Of a stretch of DNA of 64,000 nt, positions 28,612 through 38,691 are shown in pieces. Within the stretch, counting starts at the first letter, position 1. Every line of letters begins with the position of its first letter. A program made the position numbers and the translations under genes. Source of the DNA: a virus (taxonomy: Duplodnaviria; Caudoviricetes); the IMG/VR virus record IMGVR_UViG_3300028792_000003, positions 27,794 to 91,793 of that record, one strand, 5' to 3'. The notes under the pieces are model-generated. The model was not told the DNA's origin. It saw nothing but the letters and a program-made list of their open reading frames with translations, and did not search any database.

Positions 28612-28693
28612 GCGGGCATGGCGGAACAGGCATACGCACCGTCCTCAAAAGACGGCACCGCAAGGTATACGGGTTCGACTCCCGTTGCCCGCA
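28612..28693 (+). tRNA. tRNA-Leu, anticodon CAA (class II, CCA not encoded)
   Basis: acceptor GCGGGCA/TGCCCGC + A; D-arm TGGCGGAACAGGCATACGC; anticodon arm CCGTC-CTCAAAA-GACGG; variable arm ACC-GCAA-GGT; T-arm ACGGG-TTCGACT-CCCGT. Confidence 0.93.
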
Positions 28694-28746
28694 CTGCAAC
28701 AAAACAACCAACATCAGTATCAACAACAACATCTGGAGGTACCGTC

Positions 28747-28989
28747 ATGCGCTACTACATCGGGTTCCTGATCGCCGTTGGTCTCGTGACCTGCGGGCTG
28801 ATCATCGGCCTGCACCCCGTCAGCACCTGGCAGAACATGCTCATCGGCGGGTGCGGTTCTGCACTACTGCCCCGGCAGAACTACGGGTGCACGGGCACGC
28901 ATTCCACGCTCAGTCTGGTCGGTGCCTATGGCCTGATCGGGTTCGGGCTGCTGGTCGCTGCACTGACGCCGCTCTATGGGAAGAAGTGA
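28747..28989 (+). CDS. membrane protein
   Basis: GGAGG RBS; hydrophobic segments. Confidence 0.6.
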   Translation: MRYYIGFLIAVGLVTCGLIIGLHPVSTWQNMLIGGCGSALLPRQNYGCTGTHSTLSLVGAYGLIGFGLLVAALTPLYGKK

Positions 28990-28995
28990 AGACAG

Positions 28996-29352
28996 ATGAA
29001 CGAGATCTCTACCGATGCCCAGGGAGGCCAAGTGAGCACCACACCGCGCCCGTGGTGCTGCCCCGAGCCACGCTGCACGCCGATTCACTCGCTCCAGGGC
29101 GGCGACAAGCCGCTAGACGAGCCCGACTCCGGAGAGTCGTTCTTCTGCTTTGGCGAGGCACCTCAGGTGGTGTTCATCTACGACGGCGTTGAGCACGTCA
29201 ACGACACCCGATCCTGCGCCTACACGCCGCTCAAAGGAGTCATCTCGTGGCAGGAGAACGCCGAGGACTGGAGGGCTCTCTCAAACGCCTACAGTCGAGC
29301 GAGCCGGGCCCTGGAAGTGCACCGATCTGAGCGGGAGGCGGGCGATGAGTGA
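28996..29352 (+). CDS. hypothetical Cys-containing protein
   Basis: operon-like packing. Confidence 0.55.
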   Translation: MNEISTDAQGGQVSTTPRPWCCPEPRCTPIHSLQGGDKPLDEPDSGESFFCFGEAPQVVFIYDGVEHVNDTRSCAYTPLKGVISWQENAEDWRALSNAYSRASRALEVHRSEREAGDE

Positions 29353-29710
29353 GCACACCGCCGACTATGACGTGCCTGTCGCGCCCAGGTTCCTGACGGG
29401 CAAGCGGCCCGGCGTGAACGTGGACCGCATCGACGTAGGGGCCGGGCTCCGTCGCCTCGAAGCCTTGGGGTGGAGTCAGCAGGGTGACGCTCGCACGTTC
29501 ATGGTGATCCATTACGCCTTGCAGCGTTGGGCTCGTGGCGAAGAGGCCGAGGCTGAGCGGCTGGCAATCGCCCAGGGCGAGACCGATCCGACGTTCATTG
29601 CAGCCGCCATCGACCTGACCTCGTGGCGTGTCGTGCTGGCGTCCGCGATGACCGGAGCAGCGCAGGTCATTCCGCCCGCTGTGACCAAGGAGACACGACA
29701 TGCCGAGTGA
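29345..29710 (+). CDS. hypothetical protein
   Basis: GGAGG RBS. Confidence 0.55.
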   Translation: MSEHTADYDVPVAPRFLTGKRPGVNVDRIDVGAGLRRLEALGWSQQGDARTFMVIHYALQRWARGEEAEAERLAIAQGETDPTFIAAAIDLTSWRVVLASAMTGAAQVIPPAVTKETRHAE

Positions 29711-30086
29711 GATGACGACCGAGAGCGTGGAGGCGCTGGCTGCGGGGCTGGCGGGGCACGAGGCCGACGTGAGCCCTTACGACGCGGCTAGCATCTACGG
29801 CTGCCGTTGCGGCTGGACGTTGACCACAGAGCAGAAGCATGTCGACGACTACGGCTGGAGCGCCTATCGCATTCACGTTGTCGAGGCCCTCATTGCTTCC
29901 GGTGCTGTCTTGCTTGCCCAAGACGTACGGCACGAAGCACTTCGGGAGTTGGCCAAGAAGTGGCAGTGGAATGAGTGGACCACGCTCACTGCCCAGTTCA
30001 AGAAACAGTCGCTGATCGGGACTGCTCAGGTTGTGACCGACTGGCTCTGGCATTACGCCAATAAAGAGAAGAGAGAAGACGTATGA
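29700..30086 (+). CDS. hypothetical protein
   Basis: AAGGAG RBS. Confidence 0.55.
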   Translation: MPSEMTTESVEALAAGLAGHEADVSPYDAASIYGCRCGWTLTTEQKHVDDYGWSAYRIHVVEALIASGAVLLAQDVRHEALRELAKKWQWNEWTTLTAQFKKQSLIGTAQVVTDWLWHYANKEKREDV

Positions 30087-30457
30087 ATCCTCCATACTCA
30101 GATTCAGCCTGTGTGTTCTGCAACCTGGACAAGATCGCCAACCCGGTGGAGAGGTGGGTCGCCTCAGTTCACGGAATAGTCTGCTTTGTCTTCGAGCCGC
30201 TCAACCCCGTTGTGCCGGGGCACTTGCTGGTGGTTCCGGAGAAACACGTCGAGAACGCGACTGTCTCGCCTTGTACTGCTGCGGGAGCGATGGAACTAGC
30301 AGCGATGGTCGCAACTCGCTATTCGTCCGCGAACATCATCACCTCCATCGGCGCTCCGGCTACTCAGTCGGTCATGCACCTGCACCTGCACGTCGTGCCT
30401 CGCCAGGAGAACGACGGCCTGCACCTGCCGTGGACCAACCAGACAGCCAATCGGTAG
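30083..30457 (+). CDS. HIT family hydrolase
   Basis: CVFC, PLNPVVPGHLLVVP, QSVMHLHLHVVPR. Confidence 0.92.
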   Translation: MNPPYSDSACVFCNLDKIANPVERWVASVHGIVCFVFEPLNPVVPGHLLVVPEKHVENATVSPCTAAGAMELAAMVATRYSSANIITSIGAPATQSVMHLHLHVVPRQENDGLHLPWTNQTANR

Positions 30458-30480
30458 AGAGACGGGAGAACAACAGCAAC

Positions 30481-30795
30481 ATGATGTGCGACGGAGTAAG
30501 CGAGTCCGGTGGGTTCACCACCCTGGAAGTTGATTGGCTCAGAGTTCTGTCCCGCGCCGACTCACAGTGTCAGCGTGACGACGACAGCAGCATGCGGGCA
30601 CTGGAGTACTTGAACAACATCGGCGTGGTCCGGGTGGTGTCCGAGACAAGTCAGATGATCAGACTGCGACTGACCAGGCCCCGGGACGAGGAAACCCGGA
30701 ACAGGGTCGTCCAGACCCCGGAACAGGCCCAGAAAGCCCGCACAGACGCTCTGGTGGCTTCCCACACGGGTGCTGACGACAGAAAGGAAGGCTGA
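30481..30795 (+). CDS. hypothetical protein
   Basis: GGAG + AACAGCAACATG start. Confidence 0.5.
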   Translation: MMCDGVSESGGFTTLEVDWLRVLSRADSQCQRDDDSSMRALEYLNNIGVVRVVSETSQMIRLRLTRPRDEETRNRVVQTPEQAQKARTDALVASHTGADDRKEG

Positions 30796-30800
30796 CTGCG

Positions 30801-31112
30801 GTGAACGAGCCGAACGAGGACTTCATCGTCCCGCAAATCAGAGCCCATGGGATGGCACGAGTCGGGACACGGGTCCATATTGACTACCCGACGACGGCCG
30901 TGGTCGAGGACAGGAACGCACCCAAGGTCATGTTCTGCCGCACGGTGGTGGTCCGGGGAGAACTCGAATCCGGAGACCTGCCCATGTGCGAGGACTGCGT
31001 GAAGCGGTACCTGGACTACTGCCACGCGGTGGCGAACATGCACTACGAGCAGGCCAGGAACATCGTCGAGGCCATGACGGAAGACGCCCAGAAGAGAGAG
31101 GAAGGCCAGTGA
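30801..31112 (+). CDS. hypothetical protein
   Basis: RBS; CEDC motif. Confidence 0.55.
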   Translation: MNEPNEDFIVPQIRAHGMARVGTRVHIDYPTTAVVEDRNAPKVMFCRTVVVRGELESGDLPMCEDCVKRYLDYCHAVANMHYEQARNIVEAMTEDAQKREEGQ

Positions 31113-31591
31113 GCAATCCGGCCAACGACGACTGGGAGAAGGAGAACCGGTACCCGACCCCCGAGGAGTGGGTAGCCCGGTTCGAGAGCCTGAGCCACGA
31201 AGACAGGCTGAAGAGCGCGGCGTGGGCCATCCAGAACTGGCATGACTCGCGGGAGTGCTTCCTGCTCAACCACGCGGAAAGACTCGCGGCACAGGACCAG
31301 CAACTCCGGGAGGCACACATTCGGATCAGGCGCATGGAGCAAGACGGCCAGCGCTTCTACGGTGTGGGCGGGAATGAGAGCGGCCTGAAGACCGACGACA
31401 GTGGGCGGGTGACCACTCCCGTCTTCTTTGTCTGCCCGGTGTGCATGTCCGAGGTGAAGAACATCGTCGGACTCGTGGAAGCGCACTTGCGGAGCGGGAA
31501 CTCGATCTGTCCCGCGTCAGACACCCCGCTGATGTACCGGATGCAGGAAGAGCCGGGAGAACAAGCCCCTGACGACACGCGGCGGGAGTAG
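31109..31591 (+). CDS. hypothetical protein with Zn-finger-like CPVC...H..C
   Basis: GTGA overlap. Confidence 0.55.
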   Translation: MSNPANDDWEKENRYPTPEEWVARFESLSHEDRLKSAAWAIQNWHDSRECFLLNHAERLAAQDQQLREAHIRIRRMEQDGQRFYGVGGNESGLKTDDSGRVTTPVFFVCPVCMSEVKNIVGLVEAHLRSGNSICPASDTPLMYRMQEEPGEQAPDDTRRE

Positions 31592-31831
31592 CAACTTCCT
31601 CGGCGTACACCCCGTACAGTCCCAGGATACGTAGAGAGATGTACGGGGAAGCAGAAGAGGGACCAGCAGACAGTCAGCAGCAAGCCAAGCAGACAGCCAG
31701 CAATAGACCGGCAATAGACCGGCAGAACTGCTCAAGAACATGGCACTAAGTTGGATGGTCAGAACCAGCAGAAACCACGTCTGACCTCGAAGAACATGAT
31801 GATCAGCCTATCGACAGTAGGGACCAGCAAG

Positions 31832-32884
31832 ATGGCAGGCAGCACGACTGAGGGACAGGCAGAGGGGAAGACGGATGCTCCTCAGCCCAAAAAGCGTGCA
31901 ACGAATCGTTCAACTTCAGCAGCGAAGAAAACGGGGGTGAAAAAGACTGCTCAGAAGACGGCTCAGAGGGGGGTGAAAAAGGCATCCAACTCCGTACAAC
32001 GTCGCACGCCTGCGAAGAAGCCCAAGATCAAGAAGGACGGCACTCCGGTACGCAAGCCGTCGAACGCGAAGCACAACTACGAAGAGGCACGGGGCATCTA
32101 TGTAGAAGGCGTCCCGAAAGACCCCTCGAAACCGGACGGCGACAGGACATGGCTGAACATGTCCGAACTGTCAGAGCGCACCGGAATCCCCTACGTGCGG
32201 ATCAGGCAGCGTTCCAGCGAAGAGCGATGGCCTGACCAGCGGGCGCAGTTCCAGCAGAAGATCTCCGCCAAGAGACTGGAACTCCGCGCCGAGTCGCTGG
32301 CCCGGGAAACCATCGACTTCGAGGACAAGACGCTCGACGTTGCCAAGATGGGCACCAAACTGGTCACGGTGCGGATGGCAGAGATCGCCCGCGAGGTCCG
32401 GGAGTACGAGCAGAAGCGCGCTGCGGTCAAGGTGAAGTTGGATGCCGGAGTAGCCGTCGAGCCGTGGGAACTGAAGTACCTGAAGACCGCCATCGGAGCG
32501 GGCGAACTGGAACGTCTTGCCAACGCGGCCACCAAGTTCCAGGAGATCGGCCTGAAGGCGCTGAACGCGGACATCATCCGGGCGGAAATCTCCGGCCCGA
32601 ACGGTGCACCCATCCAGTCGCAGGTGGAACACACGATCTCGGTGGTGCAGGAACTGAACCGCGACGACCCGGACCGCCTCGGTGCGTTCCTGTCGGCAGC
32701 AGCCAACGCTGGCATCTTCGATCAACTCGCTGCCATCGACGTGGACGCGGAAGAAGACGACGAGCACTGGGAGCCTCACCCCCGGGAAATCGAGGCCCAG
32801 CAGCAGCAGCGGTTCCAGCAGGACTCGGCACACGAACGGGCAGACAGCCAGCCCGAAGAAGAATCAGACACAGAAGGGGAATGA
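31832..32884 (+). CDS. putative terminase small subunit
   Basis: HTH (MSELSERTGIPYVRIRQRS..ERW), helical oligomerisation region, EISGPNGAPI motif typical of TerS C-termini; start uncertain. Confidence 0.65.
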   Translation: MAGSTTEGQAEGKTDAPQPKKRATNRSTSAAKKTGVKKTAQKTAQRGVKKASNSVQRRTPAKKPKIKKDGTPVRKPSNAKHNYEEARGIYVEGVPKDPSKPDGDRTWLNMSELSERTGIPYVRIRQRSSEERWPDQRAQFQQKISAKRLELRAESLARETIDFEDKTLDVAKMGTKLVTVRMAEIAREVREYEQKRAAVKVKLDAGVAVEPWELKYLKTAIGAGELERLANAATKFQEIGLKALNADIIRAEISGPNGAPIQSQVEHTISVVQELNRDDPDRLGAFLSAAANAGIFDQLAAIDVDAEEDDEHWEPHPREIEAQQQQRFQQDSAHERADSQPEEESDTEGE

Positions 32885-33156
32885 ACGGGGAGATGGCAAG
32901 AACCAGCACGACCAACAGCAGCACCACCAGCAAGAACAGCAGCAAGAACAGCACGGTCAAGAAGGACACCCGCAAGACGGAGCACGACGGGCAGCACAGC
33001 AGCAAGTTCATGTGCGGGTCCGTCAAGGAGTTCGACGGCACGAACATCAAGTGCTGGAAGCGTAAGCACTCGACGGACGAAAAGTGCATGGCCACGGTGC
33101 CCAAGGGCTCCGGCCCGGCAGGTGGCTTCCAGACGATCTACTGGCAGAAGGACTGA
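32881..33156 (+). CDS. hypothetical protein
   Basis: ATGA overlap. Confidence 0.55.
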   Translation: MNGEMARTSTTNSSTTSKNSSKNSTVKKDTRKTEHDGQHSSKFMCGSVKEFDGTNIKCWKRKHSTDEKCMATVPKGSGPAGGFQTIYWQKD

Positions 33157-33163
33157 CTGGCTG

Positions 33164-33466
33164 ATGGACAAGCACGAGCAAGACAGCAGCGCTACCGACG
33201 ACAGCAGCAACCGCGTGGTGCTGGTGGTCGCGTTCGACATGCAGGACCAGTACACGCTCAGGCAGGTGCACAGCACCGTGCTGGAGGCCATCACCAAGAA
33301 CCTCCCCGAACTCTCGCCGGAAGACATCCGCCCCAGGGTGTACGCGGCACTGCCGCCACTGTCCGTCAACGTGGAAGACCTCTTCGCCAACGATCTTGAC
33401 GGCGAACCGACCAACCAGCACCAGGCAGACAACCAGGCAGACAAGAAGGAGGGCACGGATGACTAG
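33164..33466 (+). CDS. hypothetical protein
   Basis: RBS, packing. Confidence 0.55.
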   Translation: MDKHEQDSSATDDSSNRVVLVVAFDMQDQYTLRQVHSTVLEAITKNLPELSPEDIRPRVYAALPPLSVNVEDLFANDLDGEPTNQHQADNQADKKEGTDD

Positions 33467-33917
33467 CAGTTCTGCCAGCAGTCAAGGCCGCAGTTCAGGC
33501 AGTAGTCCAGGCAGCAGCAAGAGCAGGCGCATCCGCAAGGGCCAGAAGGACGTCATGCGGTCTGCCTACGAGGCTGGTTACCGGGCTGGCTATTCCCGCA
33601 GCCGGGACAGTTCTGCCAGCAGCCACTTCGAGGACTGGTACGCCCTGTTCAACGGCACGGCTGATGTCTACCACTCTGCTGATCGTCCGGCTGATCGTCC
33701 GGGCTATCACCCGACAGACAGTCTCAGCCCAGAGGTGCGGGAGCAGAACACCAATCCCGAACTGGCCGCTCACATCGCAGACCAGATCAGCCTGGCAGTC
33801 GGCATGCCGGTCACGGTCAGCGACGACCTCAGCCTGGTCAGCACGGGCAGCACGGTCACCCGGGAAGAGGCTGATCTGATCAAGGAGGCTTTCCGGAAGG
33901 CTGGTCAGCATGACTGA
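33459..33917 (+). CDS. hypothetical protein
   Basis: GGAGG RBS. Confidence 0.55.
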   Translation: MTSSSASSQGRSSGSSPGSSKSRRIRKGQKDVMRSAYEAGYRAGYSRSRDSSASSHFEDWYALFNGTADVYHSADRPADRPGYHPTDSLSPEVREQNTNPELAAHIADQISLAVGMPVTVSDDLSLVSTGSTVTREEADLIKEAFRKAGQHD

Positions 33918-34446
33918 CACCGAGAAGTTGCACGTCAAGCAGGACGTGCTGGCCATGAAGATGCACAGGGAGCACGTCTACGAAAGCAAACCCAGTACCG
34001 CGTGGGATCAGTTGCCCCGGGAGACGCAGGCCGCACTGGCTAAGACGTGCGTCTGCTGGTCAGCCGCTGGGTGGATCATCAAGTCCGGCGTGTTCGAGGA
34101 ACTCGAAACGAAGATCACCAGCCGGGTCGAACAGCGCATCGAACACGACGACCAGGAGAAGCAGCAGGTAGTCACTACCAAGCCACTTTTCGATGCTGTC
34201 CGTCTCGGCGGAGCGTTCAACGTTTCTAACACCCTGCTCGGCCTGCTCGGCGACCTGATCACCGGCGACCCGTGGGACACCCGGGCAGCAAAAGCAGTCA
34301 GCGAGCCCCTGACCACTGACACGATCAGCAAGGCCAAGCAGGCGGTGCAGGAAACCCTGAGCACCGACCAGTACCAGGCACGGCTGGCCTGGGAGCAGGT
34401 TCTGTTCAAGCCCGACAACTCAGTCATCATCAGCGACGTCATCTAA
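33910..34446 (+). CDS. hypothetical protein
   Basis: overlapping start, codon bias. Confidence 0.6.
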   Translation: MTDTEKLHVKQDVLAMKMHREHVYESKPSTAWDQLPRETQAALAKTCVCWSAAGWIIKSGVFEELETKITSRVEQRIEHDDQEKQQVVTTKPLFDAVRLGGAFNVSNTLLGLLGDLITGDPWDTRAAKAVSEPLTTDTISKAKQAVQETLSTDQYQARLAWEQVLFKPDNSVIISDVI

Positions 34447-34487
34447 GCCCGAGCCACTTACCCCGTGCCATCTAAGCCCAGACAGGG

Positions 34488-35834
34488 ATGCCTCACATGA
34501 GTACTCGCAAGAAGAGCACCGGTACCAACTTCAACTCCGTCGCGCTGTCAGCACAGGCGCTGAAGCAGATCAGGCTGGCCAAGAGCCACGGGATCAAGAT
34601 TCCGTTCCGGGCCTACCGCGCAGCCAAGCGAGCGGGCATCCCGTTCTACGTGGCGTGTGCGTTCTTGGTGCAGGAGTCCAACGGCGGGGAGAACGTCTTC
34701 GGACACGACCCGGGGAACTTCTCCGGTGCGGGCACGGTCACCCGGGCCAAGTACTTCCGGTACAAGCAACTGCGCGCAGAGGGTCACGGCATGCAAGGGG
34801 TCGGGCCGTGCCAGTTGTGTGTTGACCCTGACAGCCTGATCCTCACTTCGGATCTGCGCTGGGAAAAAGCATCCAAGGTCACCGAGGGTATGGAGATCAT
34901 CGCCTTCGATGAAGAGGGGACGCCGGACAAGCGACACACCACTAAGCGTCGATACTTCAGGACTGCTCGGGTGGACGGCATGTTCGTGTCCGACATGCAG
35001 CGGGTCCGGATCGTCACCGACAAGGGCTCGGTGATCGTCACGCCAGAGCACAAGTTTCTTACTCACCGACCCGAGAGGTACACATGGAAGGAAGCGCAGT
35101 ACTTGCAGGTAGGTGACTTGATTCCAGACGTGCCGACGTGGACTGAAGACGACATCTATGAGGCGGGATACGTTGCGGGGCAGTTTGACGGCGAGGGATG
35201 CCTGACGGTAGGCGAAGGTGCTAACGGCCAGGCATATGGCAGGCTCCTTTGGTCACAGAAGGAATCCAGCCCTGACGTGCAGTACATGGAAGCGCTGATC
35301 GAGGATTTCGGCTTTGAAGTGAGACGGCATAACGCACCTGGTCGTGGCTGGAATGGTGAGCGAGGTAACGGACCAGTTGCCCATCTCGTTATTGGTGGCA
35401 GTTGGCTGGAAACGTTGCGTTTCCTTGGTACGTTCCGCCCACGTCGGATGCTGCGTCACCCTCGTCTGCGTGAAGTCTGGGAAAACCGACAGTTGAACGG
35501 CTGCGGCAGGCAGACAGTACTGGCCATTGAGCCACTTGACGATGGGCCAATGGTTGCGCACAAAACCAGTACGAGCACCTTGATCGTTAACGGCCTGCTT
35601 TCGCACAACACCTGGTGGGAGTTCCAAGACGAGGCAGACGCCGCAGGAGGCTGCTGGAGGCCCTACGTCAACATGCTGGTGGCATTCCGCCACCTGGCCA
35701 CGTTGCGGCGCTCTATGGGCACCTGGAAGGACGCTGCGCGCAGGTACAACGGCAGCGGCCCCGCCGCAGACAGGTACGCCGACCAGATGGAGCAGCGGTT
35801 CAACCACTGGGTGCGGGTAGTCGGGAGCAAGTGA
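34488..35834 (+). CDS. lysozyme-like / lytic transglycosylase containing an intein
   Basis: catalytic QES, GVGPCQL|TW motif, RRYNGSG..A..YA. Confidence 0.8.
   Translation: MPHMSTRKKSTGTNFNSVALSAQALKQIRLAKSHGIKIPFRAYRAAKRAGIPFYVACAFLVQESNGGENVFGHDPGNFSGAGTVTRAKYFRYKQLRAEGHGMQGVGPCQLCVDPDSLILTSDLRWEKASKVTEGMEIIAFDEEGTPDKRHTTKRRYFRTARVDGMFVSDMQRVRIVTDKGSVIVTPEHKFLTHRPERYTWKEAQYLQVGDLIPDVPTWTEDDIYEAGYVAGQFDGEGCLTVGEGANGQAYGRLLWSQKESSPDVQYMEALIEDFGFEVRRHNAPGRGWNGERGNGPVAHLVIGGSWLETLRFLGTFRPRRMLRHPRLREVWENRQLNGCGRQTVLAIEPLDDGPMVAHKTSTSTLIVNGLLSHNTWWEFQDEADAAGGCWRPYVNMLVAFRHLATLRRSMGTWKDAARRYNGSGPAADRYADQMEQRFNHWVRVVGSK
34818..35609 (+). mobile_element. intein with LAGLIDADG-type endonuclease in the transglycosylase
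   Basis: CVDPDSLILT, VTPEHKF, YVAGQFDGEG, LLSHN followed by Thr. Confidence 0.9.
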
Positions 35835-35835
35835 G

Positions 35836-36291
35836 ATGCCTGACAACCTTGACAACCTTGACAACTCTGGCAGCAATGACAGCCATGACGGCCTGGATGG
35901 CCCGACTGTCGAGGACTACGTACGGGCCACGGCCGAAGCGTTCGGCCTGGACCCTGATCAGGCGACTGATCATCTGAAGCGGGAGTTCCAGTACGCACAG
36001 GACCAGATGCGGGAGCGGCTGACTCACCAGCGTGACCTGATGCCCAGGCCCTACATCGGGATGACGGTGCACTACACCAGTTTTGGCACTCCCAACGGCG
36101 AGTACCCCAGCCAGTGCCGGGCAGCGGTCGTCACGGAGGTCATGGGCAAGGTCCCTGCTGACGCCAACGTGCACGTGTCACTGTGCGTGCTCAACCCGTC
36201 GGGTCAGTTCTACGACCGCGATCTGCGGTACAGCCAGGAGCACGTCGGCGGAACCTGGCACGATGTTGACGGCTGCCCCAACGGCAAGTGA
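35836..36291 (+). CDS. hypothetical phage protein
   Basis: PYIGMTVHY...CRAAVVTEV...LCVLNPSG...GTWH motif common in phages. Confidence 0.65.
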   Translation: MPDNLDNLDNSGSNDSHDGLDGPTVEDYVRATAEAFGLDPDQATDHLKREFQYAQDQMRERLTHQRDLMPRPYIGMTVHYTSFGTPNGEYPSQCRAAVVTEVMGKVPADANVHVSLCVLNPSGQFYDRDLRYSQEHVGGTWHDVDGCPNGK

Positions 36292-36333
36292 GACAGGACT
36301 AGCAAGCATGAGCAAGAAGGAGGTGCGGTACTG

Positions 36334-36645
36334 ATGGCCGAACTGGTGGACCGCGACAGCATCGAAGAGATCGTCGGCTGCGAACGACAGAACCAGCAGC
36401 ACATGGCACGGGCCGTCACCGCAGAGCAGACCGTCTACATCCTGCACAGCCACTTCTGCCTGGGAGCCAACCCGGACCTGCGGGAGTGCATCTTCTCCCA
36501 GGCGCTGGACAACGGCGTCGAACCGGACCGGTGGGAAGGCTTCGAGGACAGGCCCGTGCAGGTGCTGATCTCGTGGGAAGGGAGGCTGGTCCCGGCCCGT
36601 CAGGCAAGGTCCGTACCGACGAGCAGAACGGAACAAGACAGATGA
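36334..36645 (+). CDS. hypothetical protein
   Basis: GGAGG RBS. Confidence 0.6.
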   Translation: MAELVDRDSIEEIVGCERQNQQHMARAVTAEQTVYILHSHFCLGANPDLRECIFSQALDNGVEPDRWEGFEDRPVQVLISWEGRLVPARQARSVPTSRTEQDR

Positions 36646-37271
36646 GCCTCCTCAGTAAGCGCTACCGGATGGACCGGCTGCACAAGGCGCAGGCCAGGGC
36701 ACTGGCTCTGGACCTAGGCAGTTCAGGCAGTGCAGACGGCAACACAGACAGTGCAGGCAGGCTGTTCAGCCCGGAGTGGGTCGGTTCGCCCGACAACAAG
36801 ATCGCACTGGTCGCGGCGCAGCCCGAGGAATGGGATGCCGTGGACGCGGGTGGGTTCCCGATGTGGGCCAAGATCGAAGAACTGCTCGCGGCGCACAGCA
36901 TCAGCCCGGATGCCTGCTACCGGACCAGCATCGTGAAGACGTACGAGACGAACCTCGCTGTCAGCGCGCACCTGTTCCACGGCAGACGGTGGCTGTCGAA
37001 GGAACTCGACATCATGCAGCCCGCCGTGACCATGCTGATCGGGGTGACGCCGACTCAGGTGATGCTGGGCAACCTGCACATGGGCCAGGTGCACGGACGA
37101 GCGGTGCACCTCACTGACCAGCCGGTGATGAAGCGCTCGCACACCGTGGTGCCGTGCTACAACCCGCTGCTGCTCGCCGGGAGCAACGAACTGCGCAAGG
37201 CCGTGCAGTACGACTTCAGCCGGGTCGCGGACGTCTACCACTGGCAGACCTACGAGATGCATCGCCAGTGA
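36642..37271 (+). CDS. uracil-DNA glycosylase family 4-like protein, degenerate active site
   Basis: GSPDNKIALVAAQP, YRTSIVK, WLSKELDIMQP..MLIG, VHGR, PCYNP. Confidence 0.65.
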   Translation: MSLLSKRYRMDRLHKAQARALALDLGSSGSADGNTDSAGRLFSPEWVGSPDNKIALVAAQPEEWDAVDAGGFPMWAKIEELLAAHSISPDACYRTSIVKTYETNLAVSAHLFHGRRWLSKELDIMQPAVTMLIGVTPTQVMLGNLHMGQVHGRAVHLTDQPVMKRSHTVVPCYNPLLLAGSNELRKAVQYDFSRVADVYHWQTYEMHRQ

Positions 37272-37527
37272 CTATGCCGGGGTAGTTCACCTGAGCCATT
37301 TCATCCCACACGTTAGTAACATTCCAGAACGCATGAGTAATGTTTGGTACCGGCAGGCTGCACCAACAGCGTCAGAGCCTGCCAGCGTCACGTCGGGGGA
37401 CCGAACAGAAGTGCAATGAAGTAGTCCACTCGCACACGAGTCGCAGCAGCAGCAGCACCGCAAGATTGGTAGCAGTGGAGCAGTACTTCCGGGCCAGGAC
37501 TCTGGCCCGCACTCTGGGGAGGGTGAC

Positions 37528-37707
37528 ATGAGCATCATGGCAAGCGAGATCGAGACCGAGCAGGCAGCACTGCTGTTCGCATCGAGCAAGAACACGAGCA
37601 ACCGGCGTCGCAGTGACACGCTGGCCAGGAACCTAGGTCTGTTCGCGGTCGGGCTGGCATTTCTGAGTGCTGTGTTCAGCACTGTGGCAGCCGTCGTTCT
37701 CTTCTGA
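37528..37707 (+). CDS. small membrane protein (59 aa, not in the ORF track)
   Basis: GGAGG RBS; C-terminal TM segment LGLFAVGLAFLSAVFSTVAAVVLF. Confidence 0.5.
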   Translation: MSIMASEIETEQAALLFASSKNTSNRRRSDTLARNLGLFAVGLAFLSAVFSTVAAVVLF

Positions 37708-37802
37708 CGTACCGGGAAGCACGTCAGCCACCACAAGAGAAGCATGACTCGCAACAACAGCAGCCCTGGGCACACAACTGAATACAGGTAGGTCACAAGG
37801 GG

Positions 37803-37843
37803 GAAGCCCCGTCCAGTCTGAGGGGTCTGGGCGGGGCTTTTTC
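37803..37843 (+). terminator. intrinsic terminator
   Basis: aagccccgtccag...ctgggcggggctt followed by T-run. Confidence 0.75.
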
Positions 37844-38142
37844 TATGCCCGAAAACAGGAGACGGGTCTACCTGTTCGGCAACTTGCCACGGGCCTGCGA
37901 TCATCTGCGCATGGGCAAGCACACGATCCTCGACGTCACGCGGGACGACAGTGGCGAACATCATGTGTCGCTGTGTGAGGACGCAGTTGATGGGATGGTC
38001 CATGCTTGTCTTTCAGCGGTACAGGACTTCCTCGGGGTCGAACTGATCCGGCTGCACGACTAAGCAACCAGCAGCACGGGTCGGCAGCAGAGCAGCGGAA
38101 GTGCAACAAAACTATCCACACCGACCAAAGGGCAGGTCAACC

Positions 38143-38691
38143 ATGAGCATCCAGACGCATCGCAAGATGACGCTGAAGCAGCGGTTCGGGGCCAGGGTCG
38201 CGCACGTCATCGAGATGTGGCGAGCCAACCAGGTCATCAACCCGTGCAGTGACGGCACTCCCGTCACCTACCCCTACGGCGTTCGGTCCAGCGCCTACGC
38301 CTCGGGCTACCACACCGGCGAGGACCATGCCTGCGTCGAAGGCACCCTCGTCCAGTCGGTGTCGTACGGCAAGGTCGTCTTCGTTGGCGACGGCAGTCAC
38401 CCCGGAGGCTGGGGACCGTCGTACGGCAAGCAGGTCATCATCGAGACCGTCAAGGTGGAACAGAAGACCGGTAAGTCGTACCGCTACGCGTACTGCCACC
38501 TCAGCGCGGTGAACATCAAGGTCGGCACCCGGGTCAACCCCGGAGCGGTTCTGGGCCGCAGCGGACAGACCGGCAACGCGACCGGACCGCACCTGCACTT
38601 CGAGGCCCGGGTCGTGCCCTACACCTACGGGACCGACATCCGGCCTTCCATCGTCAAGATGCGTCGTGGCAACCGAGCGGGGAACCGCTGA
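38143..38691 (+). CDS. M23 family peptidase (peptidoglycan endopeptidase)
   Basis: HTGED, YCHLS, SGQTGNATGPHLHFE. Confidence 0.92.
   Translation: MSIQTHRKMTLKQRFGARVAHVIEMWRANQVINPCSDGTPVTYPYGVRSSAYASGYHTGEDHACVEGTLVQSVSYGKVVFVGDGSHPGGWGPSYGKQVIIETVKVEQKTGKSYRYAYCHLSAVNIKVGTRVNPGAVLGRSGQTGNATGPHLHFEARVVPYTYGTDIRPSIVKMRRGNRAGNR

Noticed and set aside
31592-31830. Low-complexity CAG/AGC-rich gap with a short tandem (caatagaccgg x2)
   Set aside because: No regular period, spacers or stable structure; not a CRISPR or iteron array I can support
35841-35865. TGACAACCT tandem repeat containing TTGACA
   Set aside because: Coding microrepeat (DNLDNLDN) with no matching -10 element
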